Source: an uncultured Chloroflexia bacterium (lineage in GTDB: Bacteria; Chloroflexota; Limnocylindria; Limnocylindrales; CSP1-4). Taken from it: a stretch of 64,000 nt of DNA. The number at the start of each line of letters is the position of its first letter. The first letter of the stretch is position 1. The position numbers and the translations under genes are program-made. Positions 56,909-64,000 of the stretch are shown one piece after another. The stretch is taken from contig CAVTWU010000017.1 of the NCBI GenBank assembly GCA_963738475.1, positions 141,064 to 205,063 of the forward strand. Reading direction: 5' to 3'. Under the pieces are notes generated by a model. It saw only the letters and a list, made by a program, of their open reading frames with translations, ran no database searches and was not told the origin of the DNA.

Positions 56909-59387
56909 CTACTTGTCGACGAGGAAGGCGTCGAACTCCACGAGCGGATACGTGTTCCCGCTGCGCACCCGCAGCCAGATCGTATGCGTCCCGACCGTGG
57001 TCCAGGCTCGCGCGATGACGACCTGGCGCGTGGCCGACGTCGAGGTCTTGAGGACGACGGTCTTCACGAAGACGCCATCGAGGTAGACGTCGATCGAGCC
57101 GCGATAGGCGTTCCGTGGCGCCACGATGGCGACGCCGCGGCCGGTGAACGTCAGCTTGACGCCGGAGCCGGGCAGCGACGACCGCGGTGAGCGTGCCGTT
57201 CGCGGCGTACGTGTAGGCGACGCGGGCCCAGCTGCCGTTGTACGACGAGCGTCGAGCTGCGGTCATCGACGACGTAGACGCGGGTCGGCGCGGCGGCCGT
57301 CGCCCACGCGCTCCAGTGCCCGGCGCTGTCCTTCGCGCGGACGCGGAACCGGTAGCTCGCGCCGTTGAGGCCGACCGGATCGCAGGACCTCGCGGACGCT
57401 GGCGCTCGTCGCGACGGTGTAGCCGTACGTCCCGCCGTTGATCGAGGTCTGGACCTCGTAGCCGGCGATCGTGCTGGACGGGTCGGTCGCGGCCGGCCAG
57501 GCGACGCGGACCTGGACGGTCGAGCCGAGCTGGACGCCGTAGGTCAGGTAGCCGACCGGCGCACCGGCCGTCGGGTCGTCGGCGACGACCGTGACCGGCA
57601 CGTTGACGTAGTCGGTGCGGCCCTGGTTCGTGGCCGACGACGCGCAGGTCGTACCGACCGGCCGGCGTCCCGAGCCGGGACGTTGACGGTCATCGACGCG
57701 GCGGTCGCGGTCCAGCCGATGAGGCTCGTCGCGTTGAGGCGGCGCGGTCCAGCCGCTCGGCACGTTCGTGACGCTGAGCTTGACCCGCTCGAAGAACGTC
57801 GAGCTGCGGGTCAGGGTGATCGGCACGGTCGATGACGGCGGCCGGCCTTCGCCGGTCAGGTCGGCCGACCCGATGCCGATGTTGAACGACCCGAGCGACC
57901 CGATCCGGCGACACGTCGAGCAGCTTCTCGTGATACGCGTCCGGGTCCGTGCTCGACTTCCAGCCGAGGTTGCCCAGGTACTGGAGCGCTTCCTTGACCT
58001 CGGCCGGCGTCGCGTTCGGGCGGCTGGCCTTGTACAGCGCGACCGCGCCGGTGACCGCCGGTGCCGACATGGACGTGCCGGACGAGTAGCCGTAGCGTGG
58101 ACCCGGGCCGCGTGGACCAGATGCACTTGCCCGGCGCGATGAGGTCGACGTCCGCGCCGTAGTTGCTGAAGTCGGCGAACGTGTCGTCCTTGTCGTAGCC
58201 GCCCCACGAGTAGCACTTGTTCCCGCCGAGGGAGCCGGCCTTGCCGTCCGTGTCGGCGAGGGCGCTGACCGGTGATGACCTCGTTGTAGCTGGCCGGGAC
58301 CCGGAAGCTGGCGGCAGCCGGAGTCGTTGGCGGCCGCCGCGACGACCGTGATCCCGCCGGCGACGACGCGGCAGATGGCGGCATGGAGCGGATCCGCGTT
58401 GCTCGCGCCGCAGGCGTTGTCGTCGCGACCGTCCTTCGTGACGCTCATGTTGACCGCCTCGAACAGCGGCCGGCTGCTGTCCGACGGGTCGCGCTGGGCG
58501 AGGATCCAGTCGAGGCCGCAGACGTACCAGGACAGCAGGCCGTAGCCCGTCGTCGTTGAGGATCTTGACGGCCCAGACCCGCGCGCCCGGGGCGACGCCG
58601 ACGACGCCGATCCCGTTGTCCAGCGCGCCGACGGTGCCGGCGACGTGCGTGCCGTGACCCTCGACGTCGCGCCACGCGGTCCGGTCGCTCGTGGAGCAGT
58701 TGTAGCCGCCGGCGACGTTGAGGTCCGGGTGGGTCGCGATGCCGGTGTCGACGATGGCGACGTCCGCGTCGATGCGGTTGTCCGAGCCGTCGATCGACGC
58801 GAGCGGGTTGAGCGTGCCACCGACCCGGGACGACGCCGGTCGGGATGGTCTGGGCGGTCAGTTCGATGACCTCGTCGGGGACGACGGCGAGCGACGTTGG
58901 CGTCGGCCAGGAGGGCCGTGCCGCTGGGCGCCGGTCAGCCGCGACGTGAACCCGCGGAAGGCCTTGGCGAAGCTGCGATCCGCCTTGATCCGGTCGCGCG
59001 CCGCGTGCTTCGCGATGACGGCCGTCGGGTCCGCGCCGGACTTGAGCATGACGATGTAGCGGCCGGTGGCGTCCGGGCGACCGGCGAGGTCCGTGGCGGG
59101 CGCGGGGTCGGTGGCGGCCGGGGTTGGCGTCGCGGTCGGGGCCGCGGAGGCCTCGGCGGGAGCGGTCGGATCGGCGGTCGGGTCAGCGCGTCGGATCCGG
59201 CGCGACGGGCTCGGCGTGACGGGCTCGACGGACGGGTCCGCGGACGGCTCGCTCGACGGGCTCCGCGGAGACGCTCGGAGCGGGCTCTGAGGACGTGGGT
59301 TCCGCGGCCAAGGCGGAGAGTGCCCGGTGCGCCGACGGGCAGACCGATGAGCAAGGCGAGCAGGGCGAGGGCGATGGAACGGCGCAT
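56909..59387 (-). CDS. Secreted subtilisin-like serine protease (S8) with an I9 propeptide and a C-terminal Fn3-like domain; frameshifted
   Basis: The signal peptide reads MRRSIALALLALLIGLPVGA. The I9-like propeptide reads GRYIVMLKSG...AKAFRGFTSRL. The S8 core contains NDSG. The Fn3 region reads AWPAATDPSSTIAGYEVQTSINGGTYGY. Confidence 0.75.
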
Positions 59388-59500
59388 GGGGACCTCCCGG
59401 TTCCCGGGGAGTATCCCCCGGTTCGCCGGATCAGCCAACTGACCCGGTGGTCCCGGTACTCAGCAGCCGACCGTTCCGGACCCCACCGGACCGCACCAGG

Positions 59501-60782
59501 TCAGGCGACGTCCACCGCCCGGATCTCCGCCTCGGCGTCCGCCACGCGGGCCAGGATGTTGGACCGCATCGTGTCCAGACCGGTCCACACGGCCTTCGTG
59601 GCGTTCGAGATGGACGTGAGCTGGGACTTGAGCGTCCGGACCAGTTCGAGCTGCTCGCGGACCGCCGTCAGCGCCGCCGCGATGGCCGCGGCATCCACTT
59701 CGACCTCGTGCTCGGCGAGCGACGCCAGGGCCAGCAGCCGGGCCAGCTTGACGGCCGCCTCCAGGGTCGCCGGCTCCGGGGCGTCCGGGTCCACGACGCA
59801 GTAGACGTCGTCCCCGAACACCGCGAACGGCGCGACACCGGCCGGGGCGTGGGCCGGGGTGAAGATGATCAGCCCGACGGCCGCGCCGCGGTTCTCCTTC
59901 GCCTCGCGCAGTTCGTCGCGGATGGCCCGCATGGACAGCGGCCGATCCTTGGCCTCGACCACGACCCGCAGGTCGCACCCGCGCGCCACCCGCGCGTCCA
60001 GGGTCAGGACGAAGTCGCCCTTCTTGGACTTCATGACGGCGCCGGCTTCGGTGCCGGTCCGGTCCAGCAGGTCGCCCGTCCCGCGGGCGATGTCGCCGAG
60101 CATCGCCTGGAGGAGATCCTCGAAGTCGACGCCCTTGGCGGCGGACTTGGCCCGCTCGGCTCCGCGGGCGGCGGCGGCCGCTTCGATGGCGACCAGGCGT
60201 TCCTCGATGGCCTTGAAGCCGGCGCCCATCTCCTGGCGGAACTGGTGCATCGGCGAGTTCAGCCGGGTGGGATCCAGCAGCACGGCGAGCTTGGAGGCGT
60301 CGCCATCGAAGTAGCGCTCGAGCATCCGGCCGATGCGGCCGATGGCGCTGTCGCGCTTCGACTCGTCGAACAGCTCGTCCACCATGGATCGCAGCGCGCC
60401 ACGGTCGCCCAGGAACTGCTCGAGGGTGCGCGGCAGCCGGCCGTCGCCGTCGGCGAAGTTGAGGCGCAGGGTCTGCTCGAGCGTCTGGGCCGCCTTCTCG
60501 TTGACCGACTCGGTCTGGCGGACCAGCTTCTCGAACTCGGCGCGGACGACATCCACGTTGACGGTCACGCCGGCGTCCTGGAGCGCGATGAGGCCGATGC
60601 GCAGGGCGCGCTCGACGATGGCGTCGCGGTCGTCCATCGGGCCGCTCGCCCAGGAAGGCAGCCAGCGTCGGGTCGTGCAGGACGAGGCGGTCCACGACGA
60701 TCCGGTCGCCCTCGACGCGGACGCGCGAGGCGGCGGACTCGGGGTTCGGCGACGGGAGCGGGATCAGCGTGCGGGCTTCCAT
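59501..60782 (-). CDS. Coiled-coil protein with a C-terminal PD-(D/E)xK nuclease-fold motif (DUF2130-like); a single frameshift
   Basis: The N-terminus MEARTLIPLPSPNPESAASRVRVEGDRIVVDRL has GC-rich codon third positions. A 378-aa intact reading follows. Its central part is rich in E, R and A (coiled coil). Its C-terminus reads KGDFVLTLDARVARGCDLRVVVEAKDRP, fitting a D...E-x-K pattern. Confidence 0.4.
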
Positions 60783-60849
60783 GACCCGAACGTTGGGGGT
60801 CGGTTGTGACAGCTAGCGTGTCGCAGGTTTCGGAGCGCGCGGGTAGGAT

Positions 60850-62898
60850 GTGCCCGTGTTCGCTCGATCCGCCCTCGTCCTGCGCCGCCTGACGGTCCTC
60901 TCGGGGGCCCTTGCGCTGGTCGCCACGAGCGTGGCTCCGGTCGCTGCGGCGAACCCGCCGGCCGCCCGCGCCGCCGACGCCGGCAGGCCTGGGACTGACG
61001 GCTCCGCGGACGACGGGCCAGCGTCACCTGGGAGCAGGGCTTCGCGGCGCCCGAGTGCGCGGCGGTCATCGTCACGGTCTCAACGGACGGCGACGCCTCC
61101 GGGCACGCGGCCGACCATCGCCGTCGGCGTCGCGGCTGCTGCCCTGCCGGCGCGTCGCATCGGTCACGCCGGACCTGCGCCTCCACCGCCATGCCGACCC
61201 GACCGGCGAGACCGTACTGGGACCTCCTGTGGGGCCTCCACAACACCGGCCAGCCGATCCGCGGATCCACCGGCACGGCGAACATCGACATCGACGCGCT
61301 CGAGGCGCAGGCGATCACGCCGGGCGACCCCTCGATCACCGTCGCGGTCATCGATGACGGCGTGGACTTCAGCCATCCCGATCTCGCCGCCCGTGCCTGG
61401 ACCAACCCGGGCGAGTCCGGCGGCGGCAAGGAGACGAACGGCGTCGATGACGACGACAACGGCTACATCGACGACGTCCACGGCTGGGACTTCTGCAACG
61501 ACGACAACACGGTCCACGACTTCGACGAGGACTTCCACGGCACGCACGTCGCCGGCACGATCGCGGCCTCGCTCGACGGCCAGGGCGTCGTCGGCGTCGC
61601 CCCGGGCGTCAAGATCATGGCCCTCAAGTTCCTCGACAACGGCGACCAGCTGCGGCCTGACGTCGCAGGCGATCGAGGCGATCGAATACGCCAAGTCGTT
61701 CGGGGTCGTCATCTCGAACAGCTCGTGGGGCGGTCGCGGCCAGGCCGCCGACTTCCAGCCCCTGAAAGACGCCATCGCCGACTCCGGGCTGCTGTTCGTG
61801 ACCTCGGCCGGCAACGAGGGCATCGATAACGACAACGATGGCGTCGCCCGCGCTACCCGGCGTCGTTCGACCTGCCGAACGTCGTCGCCGTCGCGGCGTC
61901 GGACAAGGACGGCGGCCTGGCCGACTTCTCGCAACTACGGGCACACGACGGTCGACATGTCGGCGCCCGGGCGTCGATATCGCGAGCACGTGGGCCGCCG
62001 ACGCCATCGACCCGTCGCCGGGCTGGGCGTATCTCGATGGGACGTCGATGGCGTCACCGCACGTGGCCGGCGTGGCGGCGCTGCTCGCCAGCCAGGACCC
62101 GACGCTGCTCGAGCCGGCCAACCTCGCGACCCTCAAGTCGCGGCTGCTGACGTCCGGCAAGTCGCTGCCGCTGACGGTCGGCGACACCGTCACGGGCCGG
62201 ATGGTCGATGCCCGCTATCGCCCTGGATGGCGTGGCGCCGACCGCGTTCGCCCCGAACACGCAGGTCCTCACCGTCGGGAGCGTCCTGGGCACGTCCGCG
62301 GTCAGTGCCACGATCGGCTGGCCGGCCGCGACCGACGATGCGTCGGGGGTCGCGCAGCTACGACCTCCAGCAGCAGATCAACGGCGGTGCCTGGACGACG
62401 GTCCTCTCGGGCACGACGGTGCGCAGCGTCGCCCGCGCGCTCACCATCGATACCGCCTACAAGTTCCGCGTCCGCGCCCGCGACCGGGCCGGCAACGTCA
62501 GCGCCGTACCTGGAGGGCGCCTCGCTGACGCCCAAGCGGTTCCAGGAGACGACGGGCCTCGCCACGTACACGGGATCCTGGGCGCTGTCATCGAGCTCGA
62601 GCTGGTCCGGCGGCAAGACGAAGTACGCGACGAAGGCGAACGCGGCGGTCAGCTTCACGTTCATCGGCCGGGCGGTCGCGGTGGTCGCCCCGAAGAGCAC
62701 GACCCGCGGCAGCGTCCGGGTCTACGTCGACGACGTCTACGTCGGGGCCGCTCAGCCTGTACCGGTCGCCATCGGCGAGCCGGCTGCTCGTGTACGGGAC
62801 GAGCTGGACGGCGAACGGCACGCACACGGTCAAGTTCGTGGTGGTCGGGACGGCCGGGCGGCCGCGCGTCGACATCGACGCCTGGGTCGTGCTGCGCT
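60850..62898 (+). CDS. Secreted subtilisin-like serine protease (S8), paralogue of the 56909-59387 gene; frameshifted
   Basis: The signal peptide reads MPVFARSALVLRRLTVLSGALALVATSVAPVAAA. It contains DTG and HGTHVAG, and the Fn3 region reads GWPAATDDASGV...YKFRVRARDRAGNVS. The C-terminus reads VYVDDVYVG...HTVKFVVVGTAGRPRVDIDAWVVLR. Confidence 0.75.
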
Positions 62899-62924
62899 AG
62901 CGGCTCCTGGCCGGCCGCGCGCGG

Positions 62925-63251
62925 TCAGCTGCCCCGGTAGGTCGTCATCCCGAACGACGAGAGCAGCAGCGGCACGTGATAGCTGCGCGTGACGTCCGTG
63001 ACGCGCAGGTCCACCGCGAGACGCCGGAAGAAGGCGTCGTCCGCGGCATCGGGGCCCTTGTCGCCCAGGCGGAACTCGAGTCGGTAGTCGCCGGCGGTCA
63101 GCGGCCGCTCGAGGAGGTCGCGCACGCGGCCGTCGGCGTCGGTGAGGGCCTGGGTCATCCGGATCGGCTTGCCGTCATCGCCGATGCGGGACAGCGTCAC
63201 GTGGATGCCGGCCGCCGGCATGCCCGCGCTCCGTGTCGAGGACGTGCGTCG
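62925..63251 (-). CDS. uraH: 5-hydroxyisourate hydrolase (transthyretin-like)
   Basis: MPAAGIHVTLSRIGDDGKPI...YRLEFRLGD...SYHVPLLLSSFGMTTYRGS carries the C-terminal YRGS signature. Confidence 0.75.
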   Translation of the reverse strand, partial: RRTSSTRSAGMPAAGIHVTLSRIGDDGKPIRMTQALTDADGRVRDLLERPLTAGDYRLEFRLGDKGPDAADDAFFRRLAVDLRVTDVTRSYHVPLLLSSFGMTTYRGS

Positions 63252-63302
63252 AGATCGTGGGCGCGGGTGCTTCGGGGTTGGCGGCCACGCTATCCTCCGC
63301 GG

Positions 63303-63728
63303 ATGACGACGTTGCGGATCGAAGTCGGCGACCTCCACTTTAGCGCTCGCTGGGAGGCGGCCGCGCCCCGGACGATCGAGGCCATCCGGCGGATGCTGCC
63401 GATCGAGTCGAAGCTGATCCACTGCCGCTGGACGGGCGAGTCCACCTGGATCCCGTACGGCGACTTCCGGCCCGACCTCGACTACGAGAACCACACCTCC
63501 CATCCGGCCCCCGGCCAGCTGGCGATCTATCCCGGCGGGATCAGCGAGTGCGAGATCTTCTTCCCGTACGGCGGCTGCTCGCTGGCCTCGAAGGTGGGGC
63601 CGCTGGCCGCGAACCACTTCGCGACCGTCGTGCCCGACGAGGGCTGGGACGACCGCCTTCGGGAGATGGGCCGCCGCTGCCTGTGGGACGGCGCCCAGCC
63701 GATCCGGATCACCGAGGTCGAGGGCTAG
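63303..63728 (+). CDS. DUF3830-like (cyclophilin-like fold) small protein
   Basis: MTTLRIEVGDLHFSARWEAAAPRTIEAIRRMLPIESKLIHCRWTGESTWIPYGDF...AIYPGGISECEIFFPYGG. Confidence 0.45.
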   Translation: MTTLRIEVGDLHFSARWEAAAPRTIEAIRRMLPIESKLIHCRWTGESTWIPYGDFRPDLDYENHTSHPAPGQLAIYPGGISECEIFFPYGGCSLASKVGPLAANHFATVVPDEGWDDRLREMGRRCLWDGAQPIRITEVEG

Positions 63729-64000
63729 CAGCGTCGGCGGCGGCCGCCCGCTGGCAGCGCGATGGCCGGTGCTGCCCGCTGGAAGTCACGTTCCGACTCT
63801 TGATGGTTGTCGGTGTCATCAGGACATCGTCGCGCGGCGTCCATCGGCCGGGCGGAGCCGCGGCGGCTTGATGCCGCCGATAGTCATCACGCACGCGGAA
63901 GTGATCCGCCACGAGCGCCGCCTCGCCGGCGCACCCTTGCCAAGATACTACCAAGTGGTAGTATCTCCCGGATGCGCACCTCCCGGATCGCGCCTGTCGC

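Overview
This is a 64 kb high-GC (about 70%) chromosomal segment that looks actinobacterial. It is mostly metabolic and housekeeping genes with several accessory insertions. Nearly every long gene shows apparent +1/-1 frameshifts: the recognisable protein continues in another frame every 200-600 bp. This looks like uncorrected indel error, or possibly pseudogenisation, so all CDS boundaries are approximate and were reconstructed by stitching frames on recognisable motifs. Recognisable content, in order along the window: the N-terminal part of an M20 peptidase; a cyanophycin locus with cphB-cphA (minus strand) plus a convergent cphA-like paralogue that has only the N and Mur-ligase domains and lacks the ATP-grasp domain; a GT87-like membrane protein; a PTS-dependent dihydroxyacetone kinase operon (dhaM[EIIA-HPr]-glpF-dhaK-dhaL-enzyme I); a divergent Dak2(DhaL-like)-sensor kinase-OmpR regulator module; two tandem MFS paralogues; a YafJ-like amidotransferase; nei; a Phd/VapC toxin-antitoxin pair inserted between nei and lhr; the Lhr helicase; DoxX; a Cys-rich protein, GNAT and HDAC-like cluster; an SDR, a FAH-family hydrolase, an APH-like kinase, tatA, mug, a NUDIX-MBL fusion, a thioredoxin-like DUF255 protein, a GlxA-type AraC regulator, a BBE-like FAD oxidase and a secreted clan-CD peptidase-like protein; two paralogous Phd/YefM-PIN modules flanking a putative papain-like gene; a ModE-like regulator with modA-modB that reads straight into an intact lower-GC gene encoding a PLD(HKD) nuclease-SF2 helicase-DUF3427 protein, with modC absent, which is the best candidate for an acquired defence island; small Cys-rich proteins; an Eis-like GNAT; a third RHH-PIN pair; a ku-ligD NHEJ operon with a 48-bp tandem repeat in the ku-ligD intergenic region; two divergent paralogous S8 subtilases bracketing an unframeshifted PD-(D/E)xK coiled-coil protein; uraH; and a DUF3830-like gene. 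No rRNA, tRNA, CRISPR array, transposase or integrase was seen.
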